NCBI GenBank assembly: GCA_050260635.1
Contig: JBLNCL010000016.1
Span: forward strand, 33,355 to 97,354
Length of the DNA: 64,000 nucleotides
DNA from: Betaproteobacteria bacterium
GTDB lineage: Bacteria > Bacillota > UBA5301 > DYFA01
Direction: 5' to 3'
Shown here: piece after piece, positions 19,079-30,237 of the stretch
How positions within the stretch are numbered: position 1 is the first letter of the stretch
Layout: each line of letters starts with the position of its first letter
Program-made: the position numbers and the translations under genes
The notes under the pieces: model-generated
What the model was told of the DNA's origin: nothing
What the model saw: the letters and a program-made list of their open reading frames with translations, nothing else
Database searches by the model: none

Positions 19079-21268
19079 GTGCCGGCCATTTACTATGCCC
19101 ACTCCAAGGGGAATGACAAATCGGCTTGGCAGCTACTCAAGGATCATCTTGAATCCGTCGCAGGACTCAGTGAGGGTTTTGCAGAGAAATTCGGTGCCGG
19201 GCGCCTTGGAAACGCAGCTGGAGTGCTTCATGATATTGGTAAGTATTCCCACGCATTCCAGCAACGACTGGAAGGCTCGCCGGTTCGAGTCGATCACTCA
19301 ACAGCAGGGGCGAAGGAAGCTTTGGAACGTTATGGCAAGGCCCTGGGCACCCTGTTGGCTTATGTCATTGCCGGACATCACGCCGGACTCCCGGACTACG
19401 GGGATGTCGCCGACGATGCGTCGCTTGCCGCCAGACTCAAGAAAGATCAGCTGCCCGAGTGGAGAGCGTTTCAGCAGGATCAGTTGGCATTTCCCACTCT
19501 CGAACAGTTGTGCCTTCCTGTCAAGCCTTCTGTCTTCGGGACGGGTTTCAGCGTTCACTTCTTCATTCGCATGCTCTATTCTTGTGTAGTCGACGCTGAC
19601 TTTCTGGACACCGAACGCGCGCTGAATGAAAGAGCAGCTACTACGCGTGGTGGATGCCTTGAGCCTCGAGAGTTGCTTGGGCGATTGGAGAGGTTCTTGA
19701 CCAGAAACTATTCCAGGGTCCCGAACACGGCCATCAACCACTGCCGAGCAGAGATTCTTAAATCCTGCAGAGAAAAGGCGCAGCAGCCTCCAGGCCTATT
19801 CTCCTTGACAGTACCCACTGGTGGAGGGAAAACCCTGTCATCGTTGGCTTTCGCGCTTCATCACGCAGTTCTTCACGGTTTGGAGCGCGTGGTGTACGTT
19901 ATTCCTTTTACCAGCATCATCGAACAGAACGCCGCGATTTTCCGGAAAGCGGTGGGGAGCGAGTGCGTGCTCGAACACCACAGCAACTTCCAGCACCCAG
20001 ACGAGACGTCTGATGACTACCTGGACGTGCCGTTCAAGCTGCGTTTGGCGACAGAGAACTGGGACGCACCAGTGATTGTAACCACCAACGTTCAGTTCTT
20101 CGAATCCCTGTTCGCGAACCGAAGCTCGCGTTGCCGGAAGCTGCACAATCTGGCTCGTAGCGTGATTATCTTAGACGAGGCTCAGATGCTGCCCACACAT
20201 CTCCTGAAGCCGAGCTTGGCGGCACTATGTGAGCTCTCAGCCAATTATGGTTCGAGCGTTCTACTCTGTACCGCCACTCAACCTGCTCTAAATGGTCTTC
20301 TACCGAATGCAACTCAACCAGTCGAGATCATCGAGGACCCGCCGAAGCTGTATGAGGCTTTTCGGCGTGTTGAGGTCAGTTACGTTGGGCGCTGTGAGGA
20401 TGAGGATGTCGTTTCCGAGCTATTGGGTTACGAGCAGGTGCTATGCATCGTGAATACGCGGTCTCATGCCCGGGAGCTTTACGAACGCATCAAAGGCGCT
20501 GAGGGTGCCTTTCATCTGAGCGCCCGAATGTGTGCCGCACACAGGTCCCAGAAGCTGAGTGCGATTCGCCAAGCTTTGCGAGAAGGGCGTCCGTGTCGTG
20601 TGGTTTCCACTCAACTGATCGAAGCGGGTGTTGACGTGGACTTTCCGGTTGTTTATCGAGCGGCTGCGGGGATCGACTCCATCGTTCAGGCTGCCGGTAG
20701 ATGTAACCGGGAAGGCAGGCGGGAGAAGGCGCAGGTGTTCGTTTTCGAGCCCACAGGTCATCTCTTGCGCGGATGGTTCAACCGAACCGCGTCAGTGACA
20801 GCCATGGTGATGCGAAGCATACGAGACCCGATTTCGCTGGAGGCAGTCGAACGATACTTCGCCCTTCTGTACGATCTGGAAGGCGACGGCCTTGATGAGA
20901 AGAGGATCTTGGCCCGCATAGAAGAAGGCGCCAAGCAGCTTGCTTTCCCCTTTTCAGAGGTTGCGCAGGATTTCAAACTGATTGAAAACGAGATGGTTCC
21001 GATAGTCGTACCCTGGGACAAGCATTCTCAGGAGTTGATCCGCGAGATACCCTACACCGCCACTCCACATCGGCTGATTCGACAACTTCAACCGTATGTG
21101 GTACAGGTTTACCCGAACGAGTTCTCGGCTTTGTCCAAGGCAGGTCAAGTTGAGACGGAGGGAGGCATTCTGCATGTCCTGAGAGACGGCTCACTCTATT
21201 GCGAGGAGATCGGGTTGGTGACGGGGTCAAGCGCTGTGACGCCGGAGGACGGCGCTTGGTTCATCTAA
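19079..21268 (+). CDS. cas3: CRISPR-associated helicase/HD nuclease Cas3 (type I)
   Basis: HD motifs (HDIGKYSHAFQ, AGHHAGLPDYG); DExH helicase (IILDEAQ); GTG start with AAGGGAG RBS. Confidence 0.9.
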   Translation: MPAIYYAHSKGNDKSAWQLLKDHLESVAGLSEGFAEKFGAGRLGNAAGVLHDIGKYSHAFQQRLEGSPVRVDHSTAGAKEALERYGKALGTLLAYVIAGHHAGLPDYGDVADDASLAARLKKDQLPEWRAFQQDQLAFPTLEQLCLPVKPSVFGTGFSVHFFIRMLYSCVVDADFLDTERALNERAATTRGGCLEPRELLGRLERFLTRNYSRVPNTAINHCRAEILKSCREKAQQPPGLFSLTVPTGGGKTLSSLAFALHHAVLHGLERVVYVIPFTSIIEQNAAIFRKAVGSECVLEHHSNFQHPDETSDDYLDVPFKLRLATENWDAPVIVTTNVQFFESLFANRSSRCRKLHNLARSVIILDEAQMLPTHLLKPSLAALCELSANYGSSVLLCTATQPALNGLLPNATQPVEIIEDPPKLYEAFRRVEVSYVGRCEDEDVVSELLGYEQVLCIVNTRSHARELYERIKGAEGAFHLSARMCAAHRSQKLSAIRQALREGRPCRVVSTQLIEAGVDVDFPVVYRAAAGIDSIVQAAGRCNREGRREKAQVFVFEPTGHLLRGWFNRTASVTAMVMRSIRDPISLEAVERYFALLYDLEGDGLDEKRILARIEEGAKQLAFPFSEVAQDFKLIENEMVPIVVPWDKHSQELIREIPYTATPHRLIRQLQPYVVQVYPNEFSALSKAGQVETEGGILHVLRDGSLYCEEIGLVTGSSAVTPEDGAWFI

Positions 21269-21314
21269 CAATTCGGCCTCTGGGGCTGCCAAGGGGAGGA
21301 GGAAGAGACGGGGA

Positions 21315-21980
21315 ATGAGCTACGGACTGGCAATCAAGGTGTGGGGGGATTATGCCTGTTTCACCCGACCGGAAATGAAAGCCGAGCGGGTGAGTTATGA
21401 TGTCATGACACCCTCCGCAGCGCGTGGGATTCTGGAAGCCATCCATTGGAAGCCGGCCATTCGATGGGTGGTGGACCGTATTCACGTGCTCAATGAAATC
21501 CATTTTGATAACATTCGACGCAACGAGGTTGGCAGCAAAATACCAGCTGGTAATGTCAAGACAGCCATGAAGGGAGAACCGATCACGCTCTGCCAATTCG
21601 CAAGTGATGACCGGCAACAACGGGCGACATTGCTGCTCAGAGACGTGGCTTACGTCATAGAGGCCCATTTTGAGATGACGGAGCAAGCTGGACCACTTGA
21701 TACACCCGAAAAACATTACAACATGGCGGTCCGCCGCGCAAAGAAAGGCCAATGCTTCCATCGCCCTTATCTGGGTTGCCGGGAGTTTCCGGCTCAGTTC
21801 GAGCTGGTGGAAGGACCGGTTCCGCTATCCTGTCATACAGGGGAACGCGATCTGGGCTGGATGCTATTGGACCTGGACTATTCTGCAGGCATGGCACCAC
21901 GTTTTTTCCGGGCGATAATGAGGAACGGCGTAATCGACGTGCCTCCTATGCCAACTGCCAAAGGAGGAGAAACTCCATGA
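21315..21980 (+). CDS. cas5: Cas5c (Cas5d, Dvulg subtype)
   Basis: MSYGLAIKVWGDYACFTRPE... canonical Cas5d N-terminus. Confidence 0.9.
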   Translation: MSYGLAIKVWGDYACFTRPEMKAERVSYDVMTPSAARGILEAIHWKPAIRWVVDRIHVLNEIHFDNIRRNEVGSKIPAGNVKTAMKGEPITLCQFASDDRQQRATLLLRDVAYVIEAHFEMTEQAGPLDTPEKHYNMAVRRAKKGQCFHRPYLGCREFPAQFELVEGPVPLSCHTGERDLGWMLLDLDYSAGMAPRFFRAIMRNGVIDVPPMPTAKGGETP

Positions 21981-23752
21981 TCCTCCAGGCGCTGTACCAA
22001 CTCTATGGACGCCTGTCGGATGAACCGGACTCGGGAATCTCGCCACCAGGTTACAGCAAGGCCAGAGTATCCTTTGCACTGAACCTTTCAGAGGAAGGCG
22101 AATTGCTGGATCTGCTTGACCTAAGGACCCGAGGAACGAAGCTCTCACCACGAATGATGGACGTGCCCCATCAGTTCAAACGATCTGGGACGGCGGCCCC
22201 TCCATACTTCCTCTGTGACAAGAGCGAATACGTGCTAGGGTTGGATGGAGAGGGTAAACCAGAGCGGGCCCGACGGAACTTCGAAGCATTCCGTGACTAT
22301 CAAAACGCGGTGCTGGACGGAGTTGACGACCCTGCTGCCAACGCCGTCCGGAGATTCTTGCTGCGTTGGAACCCAGATCATGCCGCACAGCACCCACTCT
22401 TGAAGCAGTTCTGGCAGGATCTCATCACAGGAGGCAACATAGTATTCAAGCTTGACGGCGCAAGGGGTTTTGTACACGAGCGCGAAGCGGTTCGAGCCGC
22501 TTGGGATCGTTACAGCACCGATGACTCTCCCAAGGAAGTCGGTCAATGCCTAGTCACGGGAGATGTCGGCCCCATCGCAAGGTTGCACGATAGCATCAAA
22601 GGAGTCGCTGGTGCGCAACCTTCTGGCGCAGCACTTGTCTCTTTCAATTTGGATGCGTTCACATCGTATGGCAAAGAGAAGAACTACAACGCACCCGTCG
22701 GCGAACATGTCGCGTTTGGTTATGTGACAGCCCTCAACTACCTGTTACAGAGCGACAGGCATCGGTTGAGCATCGGTGACGCAACCACGGTGTTTTGGGC
22801 AGAGCGTTCCGGACCAGAAGAAGACATGTTAGCTGAGCTCCTTGATCCGAGTGGGGGAGAAGGGAAAGCCCAAGTCTCTCCTCGTCGAGATCCGCGAGCC
22901 ACGCAGTTGGTTCGTGATGTGCTGGCCCGCGTTACGGCCGGGCTGCCGATCCGGGAGGTGATAAGCGGAGTCGATCCGAGCGTACGCTTTTTCATTCTTG
23001 GCCTCTCACCCAACGTCAGCCGGCTGTCGGTTCGCTTCTGGCAAGTGGACACGTTTGGGAGCCTGGTCGAGCGAATCGGTCAACACTACGCCGATATGGC
23101 ATTGGTACTCCCCCAGTGGGAAACCGGTAACTTTCCGGTCCGGCGCATCCTAAAGGAAACGGCTCCCCTGGGGGACAGCAAACGGATTTCTCCGCTGCTG
23201 GGAGGAGCGGTCACACGGTCCATCTTGTTGGGTACTGCGTACCCACAGGGTCTCTACACGGCAATCCTCTCGCGCATCCGCGCCGATCAGAAAGTCAATC
23301 CCGTTCGGGCGGCTGTGGTCAAGGCTTGTTTGGTGAGAAACGCAAGAATCCTTGGAAACAGCGAGAAGGAGGGTACAATCCGCATGAGCCTCAATGAAGA
23401 ATCCACTGAGAGAGGGTATCTCCTCGGCCGCTTGTTTGCATTGCTGGAAAAGGCACAGGAAGATGCCACGCCGGGGCTCAACGCCACCATTCGAGACAGG
23501 TACTTTGGCGCGGCGTCCGCTGCTCCGCTCACTGTTTTTCCGGTGCTCCTCCGGTTGGCCCAGCACCACTTGAGTAAAGCAGAGTACGGACACGCCTTGG
23601 ACCGTCGAATTCAAGAAGTCATGGCCGGCGTACAGGCTTTTCCCGCCCATCTGAGCTTGGAGGAGCAAGGACTATTCGTCTTGGGCTATTATCACCAGCG
23701 GCATGCCTTGTACCAAAAGAAGACGGCTGAAGCCGAAGAGGCCAAGAACTAG
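21977..23752 (+). CDS. cas8c: Cas8c (Csd1), type I-C large subunit
   Basis: MILQALYQLYGRLSDEPD... Csd1 N-terminus; ATGA overlap with cas5. Confidence 0.85.
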   Translation: MILQALYQLYGRLSDEPDSGISPPGYSKARVSFALNLSEEGELLDLLDLRTRGTKLSPRMMDVPHQFKRSGTAAPPYFLCDKSEYVLGLDGEGKPERARRNFEAFRDYQNAVLDGVDDPAANAVRRFLLRWNPDHAAQHPLLKQFWQDLITGGNIVFKLDGARGFVHEREAVRAAWDRYSTDDSPKEVGQCLVTGDVGPIARLHDSIKGVAGAQPSGAALVSFNLDAFTSYGKEKNYNAPVGEHVAFGYVTALNYLLQSDRHRLSIGDATTVFWAERSGPEEDMLAELLDPSGGEGKAQVSPRRDPRATQLVRDVLARVTAGLPIREVISGVDPSVRFFILGLSPNVSRLSVRFWQVDTFGSLVERIGQHYADMALVLPQWETGNFPVRRILKETAPLGDSKRISPLLGGAVTRSILLGTAYPQGLYTAILSRIRADQKVNPVRAAVVKACLVRNARILGNSEKEGTIRMSLNEESTERGYLLGRLFALLEKAQEDATPGLNATIRDRYFGAASAAPLTVFPVLLRLAQHHLSKAEYGHALDRRIQEVMAGVQAFPAHLSLEEQGLFVLGYYHQRHALYQKKTAEAEEAKN

Positions 23753-23772
23753 AGAGAGAGGGGACGGAGATA

Positions 23773-24624
23773 ATGAGTAAGGTCATCGATCAGCGTTATG
23801 AATTTGTACTGCTTTTTGACGTGGAGAACGGCAACCCCAATGGAGACCCGGATGCGGGCAACATGCCGCGCATCGACCCGGAGACCAGCTTAGGTCTCGT
23901 TACCGACGTGTGCCTCAAACGCAAGGTGCGGAACTACGTGGAGCTAGTTAAGGGCGACACCGAAGGCTATGAGATCTACGTGAAGGAGGGCAAGGTCCTA
24001 AATGCCCAGCACCGGCGACCATACGACGCCCAAGGGATCGAGCCGAAGGAAAAGAAGCTGGCTAACGATGAAATCACCCGGTTCATGTGCAAACACTTCT
24101 ACGACATCCGTACCTTTGGTGCGGTGATGACCACCGAGGTCAACTGCGGCCAAGTGAGAGGACCGGTCCAGCTCAACTTTGCACGAAGCATCGACCCGAT
24201 TGTGCAGCAGGAAGTCACGATTACTCGGGTTGCGGTGACCAACGAGAAGGACGCCAAAGAGAAGGACCGAGAGATGGGCCGGAAGCACATCGTTCCATAC
24301 GCTTTGTACCGAGCAGAGGGGTATGTTTCGGCGCCGCTCGCGGAAAGAACGGGCTTCAGTGAAGAGGACTTGGAGCTCTTCTGGGAGGCGTTGCTCAACA
24401 TGTTCGACCATGACCGTTCGGCCGCCCGGGGCAAGATGGCCGCCCGCAGGCTCTTCATCTTCGAACATGAAAGTCGGCTTGGAAATGCTCCTGCACACCG
24501 GTTGTTTGATTGCATTAAGGTGACGCGCAAGAATCCCAGTTCTCCGGCTCGGAGCTTCAATGACTATGACGTGACAGTGGATAGGGCTTCGATTCCGGCC
24601 GGGGTCCAATTGGTTGTCCGGTAA
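23773..24624 (+). CDS. cas7: Cas7c (Csd2)
   Basis: MSKVIDQRYEFVLLFDVENGNPNGDPDAGNMPRIDPET canonical Csd2 motif. Confidence 0.9.
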   Translation: MSKVIDQRYEFVLLFDVENGNPNGDPDAGNMPRIDPETSLGLVTDVCLKRKVRNYVELVKGDTEGYEIYVKEGKVLNAQHRRPYDAQGIEPKEKKLANDEITRFMCKHFYDIRTFGAVMTTEVNCGQVRGPVQLNFARSIDPIVQQEVTITRVAVTNEKDAKEKDREMGRKHIVPYALYRAEGYVSAPLAERTGFSEEDLELFWEALLNMFDHDRSAARGKMAARRLFIFEHESRLGNAPAHRLFDCIKVTRKNPSSPARSFNDYDVTVDRASIPAGVQLVVR

Positions 24625-24625
24625 C

Positions 24626-25315
24626 ATGTGGTACGCGGAAGAACGCCTACTGCCGCTCTCTGGAATACAACACCTCGCCTTCTGTGAGCGGCAGTGGGCG
24701 CTCATCCACGTGGAGCAGCAGTGGGCGGAGAACGGACCGACCGTCGAAGGCCGGCATCTGCATGAGCGGGCCCATGACCCCTTCTTCTTGGACGAAGGAG
24801 CAGACTGCCTCGTCGCTCGTTCGGTACCGCTGGTATCTCGCACCCTGGGCCTGTATGGGCAAGCGGATGTGGTGGAATTCCGTAGAGTCTCGGCAGAGGT
24901 GGGCGGAGTCTCGCTTCCAGGCCGGGAGGGGTACTGGCTGCCGAAACCGGTGGAGTACAAGCGGGGGAAACCCAAACCGGATGAACGAGATGAGGTTCAG
25001 CTGTGCGCACAAGCCATGTGTCTAGAAGAAATGCTGAACACGTCTATCGCCACGGGTGATCTCTACTACGGTGAAATCAGACGACGCCGGTCTGTTTGTT
25101 TGACTGCTTCGCTGCGCCAACGAGTTGAGGAATTGTGCCTACGGATGCATGCACTCTTTGAGGCCGGCATTACTCCACGCGCGGAAAGGGGCAAACGGTG
25201 TCAGGCATGTTCGTTGATAGATGTATGCATTCCTGCCCTCACACGCAAACCTCGTTCGGTAAGAGGCTACATCGTCCGTCACCTGGCAGACACCGAACGT
25301 GACGCGGGAGAGTGA
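24626..25315 (+). CDS. cas4: Cas4 (RecB-like nuclease with C-terminal Fe-S Cys cluster)
   Basis: RecB nuclease motifs; C-terminal CQACSLIDVC cysteines. Confidence 0.85.
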   Translation: MWYAEERLLPLSGIQHLAFCERQWALIHVEQQWAENGPTVEGRHLHERAHDPFFLDEGADCLVARSVPLVSRTLGLYGQADVVEFRRVSAEVGGVSLPGREGYWLPKPVEYKRGKPKPDERDEVQLCAQAMCLEEMLNTSIATGDLYYGEIRRRRSVCLTASLRQRVEELCLRMHALFEAGITPRAERGKRCQACSLIDVCIPALTRKPRSVRGYIVRHLADTERDAGE

Positions 25316-25325
25316 CGCGGACAGC

Positions 25326-26357
25326 ATGCGCAAGCTCTTAAACGTTCTCTATGTAACCGCCCCGGATGCCTATCTGGCTCGGGACGGTGAGACTGTGGTT
25401 GTCCGAGTCCAGGATGAGGTTAAGCTGAGGGTGCCCATTCATAATCTCGAAGGAATCGTGACGTTCGGTTATTGTGGGGCGAGCCCGGCGCTCATGGCGT
25501 TGTGCGCCGAGCGCCATGTGGCGCTCACATTCTTGAACGAACACGGGCAGTTCATGGCCCGCGTCACTGGCAGGGTGTCAGGAAACGTGCTGCTTCGTCG
25601 CCGGCAATATCGAGCAGCGGATGCTGAGAGCGAGGCGCTTCTGCTGGCCTCTGCCATGATTTTGGCCAAAATCGCCAACGCACGGGCGGTACTGCTGAGG
25701 GGAATCCGGGATCACGGCGCTAACATAGAGTCTGACGCGGTGGCGCGTAGCGCCAGCAACTTGAGCAATCATTTGCAGCAAATTGAACGATGCCGATCGC
25801 TGGATGGCCTTCGAGGGGTGGAGGGAGACGCGGCCAGGGAGTATTTTGCCGCTCTTGATCATCTGATTCTCACGAATAAGCAAGACTTCTTTCTTCACGA
25901 GCGAAGTCGTCGGCCCCCTAGAGACAACATGAATGCGCTTCTCTCCTTTTTGTACACGTTGTTGCTTCATGACTTCCAAGCTGCGCTCGAGACTGTGGGG
26001 TTAGATCCTCAGGTTGGCTTCCTGCACCGAGATAGACCAGGAAGACCGAGCTTGGCACTGGACCTGATGGAAGAGCTGCGGCCGTGCCTGGCAGATCGGC
26101 TGGCATTGTCGCTGGTCAATCGGAAGCAAGTGTCTCCTCGGGGGTTCCGCAGGACGGAATCAGGCGGCGTTGTTATGGATGCAGAGACACGTAAGACGGT
26201 GATTTCCGCGTGGCAAAAGCGGAAGCAAGAGGAGATCGTTCATCCCTACTTAGGGGAAGAGATCGCAGTGGGCTTGATTCCGTATGCCCAGGCGATGCTT
26301 CTTGCGCGATATCTCCGAGGAGACTTGGACGGGTATCCGCCATTCTTCTGGAAATAG
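25326..26357 (+). CDS. cas1: Cas1 integrase (an alternative GTG start lies at 25299)
   Basis: MRKLLNVLYVTAPDAYLARDGETVVV canonical Cas1 N-terminus. Confidence 0.9.
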   Translation: MRKLLNVLYVTAPDAYLARDGETVVVRVQDEVKLRVPIHNLEGIVTFGYCGASPALMALCAERHVALTFLNEHGQFMARVTGRVSGNVLLRRRQYRAADAESEALLLASAMILAKIANARAVLLRGIRDHGANIESDAVARSASNLSNHLQQIERCRSLDGLRGVEGDAAREYFAALDHLILTNKQDFFLHERSRRPPRDNMNALLSFLYTLLLHDFQAALETVGLDPQVGFLHRDRPGRPSLALDLMEELRPCLADRLALSLVNRKQVSPRGFRRTESGGVVMDAETRKTVISAWQKRKQEEIVHPYLGEEIAVGLIPYAQAMLLARYLRGDLDGYPPFFWK

Positions 26358-26380
26358 TGACTGGAGGTGTTGCTTCCTTG

Positions 26381-26668
26381 ATGGTCCTGGCTACGTACGA
26401 CGTGGAGACAGCAACCGCCGAAGGGCGCAAGAGGCTGAGGCGGGTGGCCAAGGAATGTTGCAACTTGGGCCAACGCGTGCAGAATTCGGTATTTGAGTGC
26501 TTGGTCGACCCTGCTCAGTTTGCGGAACTAAGACATAAGTTGGAAAAGATTATCGACCCTGAGAAAGACAGTATTAGGTTCTACTTTCTGGGAAGTAACT
26601 GGAAGAACCGAGTCGAGCACATTGGAGCCAAGCCCAGTTTCGATCCGGAAGGAGTCTTGATCACCTAA
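26381..26668 (+). CDS. cas2: Cas2
   Basis: MVLATYDVETATAEGRKRLRRVAK...VQNSVFEC; 96 aa. Confidence 0.85.
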   Translation: MVLATYDVETATAEGRKRLRRVAKECCNLGQRVQNSVFECLVDPAQFAELRHKLEKIIDPEKDSIRFYFLGSNWKNRVEHIGAKPSFDPEGVLIT

Positions 26669-26845
26669 AGGCGTTTTGTGCGAACCCGAAGTGATCCCAT
26701 TGTGCCAGGAGAATCGCACCGGGCACCACATCGACGTTCAACAATTGCACAAGGCTCAGGATTATGGCGATTTTTCATCATCAACAATCGGTTCGCAGAT
26801 ACAACCGTCGAAAGCCAGCAGGGAAGGCACTTCGCTTGGTTCGCC
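26669..26845 (+). promoter_or_regulatory. CRISPR leader (AT-richer, 177 bp between cas2 and the first repeat)
   Basis: Position next to cas2; AT-rich relative to the genome; the degenerate repeat lies at the far end of the array. Confidence 0.5.
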
Positions 26846-27941
<1,096 letters not shown>

Positions 27942-28087
27942 GCTGTGGCTGCGCTGCTGGCGCCCTACAGGACGTTACAAGGAGTGGTGAAGTGTTGTGC
28001 TGAAGTAGCTCACATAGTTGCAGCGGTGGGCGCAGCGGACCGCTCGTCCGGCCTGGCGTTTGTGCCCGGCGTGGTGGACAGGGAGGG

Positions 28088-29254
28088 ATGAGTATGAGCA
28101 TTGTGGTCATCAAGCGTTGCCCGGAGTACGACGCGGGCCTCATCCAGCAGGCGTTAGAAGAAGCGGTGGCCCTTGTGGGCGGGTGGACCAGATTCGTCCA
28201 GCGGGGGAGGCGAGTTCTGCTAAAGCCTAACCTCATCGCTCCCCGCCGCCCGGAGCAGGCCGCCTGCACCCATCCGGAAGTGCTGCGAGCGCTTATCCGG
28301 AGCCTCAAGGCGCAGGGGTGCGAGGTCGCAGTAGGGGACTCGGCCGGTGGGGCCATCGCGGGCATCGCCCCGACTGCCCAGGCGCTGCAGGTTTCGGGTT
28401 GGGCGCAGGTGTGCGCCGAAGAAGGGGCAACGCTGGTCAACTTCGACCGCGAGGGGGCGCTGGCGGTGCCGTCGCGCACGGGCAGGATGGCGAAGGAGTT
28501 CCACCTCGCCAGGCCGGTGGTAGAGGCGGATGTGGTCATCAACGTGCCCAAGCTGAAGACCCACTCCAACGGCGGGTACACGGGGGCGGTCAAGAACACC
28601 TTTGGCTGCATCCCCGGCCTGCGCAAGGCGGAATACCACCGGATTGCGCCGGAGCTGGCCGACTTTGCCGAGCTGATCGCAGACATCCACTTGGCCGCCA
28701 GGGTGACCCTGAATGTGCTGGACGGCATTGTGGGTATGGAAGGAGCGGGGCCGACCAACGGCCGACCGAAAAAGGCCGGAGTGCTACTGGTGAGCCCGGA
28801 CGCCTTGGCGCTGGATGTGGTGGCTGCCCGCATGATCGGCCTTGAGCCGGGGAGGCTGGAAATCCTGCAGGCCGCGGCGAGGCTGGGAGTGGGGGAGTCT
28901 GATCTGAAGGCTATCAAGGTGGCAGGGGACTTCACAGAGCCACCGCGCCTTGACTTTGCCCTGCCGCCGTCGGTGGTGAGGGGGCGGCGGATGCCGCGCT
29001 GGCTTCTGCCGGCCATCATTGCTTTTTTCAGGACCAGGCCGGAGATAGACGTGAGCCGCTGCCGCAGGTGCGGGATTTGCCAGGAGAGCTGCCCGGTGAA
29101 GGCCGTCGACCGGCAGCTTACGATCAACCGGGCGGCGTGCATTGAGTGCCTCTGCTGCCAGGAGCTCTGCCCCCAGGGAGCGGTGCGGCTAGTGCGTGTG
29201 CACCCGGTGGCCCGGCTGCTTTTTCCGCCGGAGAGGATGCTAAGGCCGAACTGA
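28088..29254 (+). CDS. DUF362 domain protein fused to a C-terminal 2x[4Fe-4S] ferredoxin domain
   Basis: N-terminus MSMSIVVIKRCPEYD...LLKPNL...GDSAGG typical of DUF362; C-terminal CRRCGICQESCP and CIECLCCQELCP. Confidence 0.7.
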   Translation: MSMSIVVIKRCPEYDAGLIQQALEEAVALVGGWTRFVQRGRRVLLKPNLIAPRRPEQAACTHPEVLRALIRSLKAQGCEVAVGDSAGGAIAGIAPTAQALQVSGWAQVCAEEGATLVNFDREGALAVPSRTGRMAKEFHLARPVVEADVVINVPKLKTHSNGGYTGAVKNTFGCIPGLRKAEYHRIAPELADFAELIADIHLAARVTLNVLDGIVGMEGAGPTNGRPKKAGVLLVSPDALALDVVAARMIGLEPGRLEILQAAARLGVGESDLKAIKVAGDFTEPPRLDFALPPSVVRGRRMPRWLLPAIIAFFRTRPEIDVSRCRRCGICQESCPVKAVDRQLTINRAACIECLCCQELCPQGAVRLVRVHPVARLLFPPERMLRPN

Positions 29255-29315
29255 TGCGACCGAGGATGTCAGCAGGGCGGGCATCCAGCTTCGGGTCGCC
29301 TGGAGATACGAGAAG

Positions 29316-29828
29316 GTGGAGGACGAAATGGAAGCAATCCTTTCTCGCCGAAGCATCAGAAAGTACACTGCGGAGCCGGTACCTGACGAGGTTATTCAGG
29401 AGTTGCTCAAAGCGGCGATGGCGGCTCCTTCTGCCGGCAACGAGCAGCCCTGGCATTTCATCGTGATCAGGGACCGGCGAATCTTGGACGAAATACCGAG
29501 ATTCCATCCCTACTCGCAAATGCTGCGGGAGGCCCCAGTCGCCATCCTGGTCTGCGGCGGCCCTCGCCTCCAGAAGTACCAGGGCTACTGGCCGCTGGAT
29601 TGCGCGGCAGCTACGGAGAACGTCCTGATTGCGATTCAGGCGTTGGGCTTGGGCGGGGTCTGGCTTGGCGTCTATCCGGTTGAAGACCGGATGAACGCCC
29701 TGCGGCATCTGCTTGGCATACCGTCCGAGGTCGTTCCGTTCAGCCTGATTCCTGTCGGTTACCCCGCAGAGACTAAACCTCCGGCCGAGCGTTTCGATCC
29801 CCGCAGGGTCCACCGCGACCGCTGGTAG
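29316..29828 (+). CDS. Nitroreductase family protein
   Basis: ILSRRSIRKY...AAPSAGNEQPWHFIV nitroreductase signature. Confidence 0.8.
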   Translation: MEDEMEAILSRRSIRKYTAEPVPDEVIQELLKAAMAAPSAGNEQPWHFIVIRDRRILDEIPRFHPYSQMLREAPVAILVCGGPRLQKYQGYWPLDCAAATENVLIAIQALGLGGVWLGVYPVEDRMNALRHLLGIPSEVVPFSLIPVGYPAETKPPAERFDPRRVHRDRW

Positions 29829-29862
29829 CGAAGGAGGAGCTGACCTCGCCTCCACTCTGGAG

Positions 29863-30165
29863 GTGGCCGCCAAGACGACCGCCGAAGCTGTCGACGCCGA
29901 TGTCGCCATCCTCTTCCCCGACGACCGGGGCGAACTGCGAGTCCGGGCCAGTGCGCTGACGGGCGACCCTGGGGGGAGCTTCCTTTCTCCCCCCAACGAA
30001 TGGGCCGTGGCGACGTGGGTGCTGGAGAGCGGCCGGGTGGCCGGCCGGGGGACAGGGACCCTGGAGGGCCCCAGGGGACTGTACGTCCCGCTGGAGGCGG
30101 AAGGGAAACGGGGCGGTGAACCGGGTCTGACACTGGTCCAGGTGGACCTCGTGTTGAAATCCTAG
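29863..30165 (+). CDS. Small GAF-like domain protein or fragment
   Basis: VAILFPDDRGELRV...LYVPLEAEGKRGG resembles the GAF core; start is uncertain (frame open upstream to 29830). Confidence 0.3.
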   Translation: MAAKTTAEAVDADVAILFPDDRGELRVRASALTGDPGGSFLSPPNEWAVATWVLESGRVAGRGTGTLEGPRGLYVPLEAEGKRGGEPGLTLVQVDLVLKS

Positions 30166-30237
30166 CGGCGCCTAACGGCGAGGAGGGGAAGTCGTCGTCT
30201 CGGTGAAAAACAGAGTCAAGAAAGGTATGAGTAGCTC

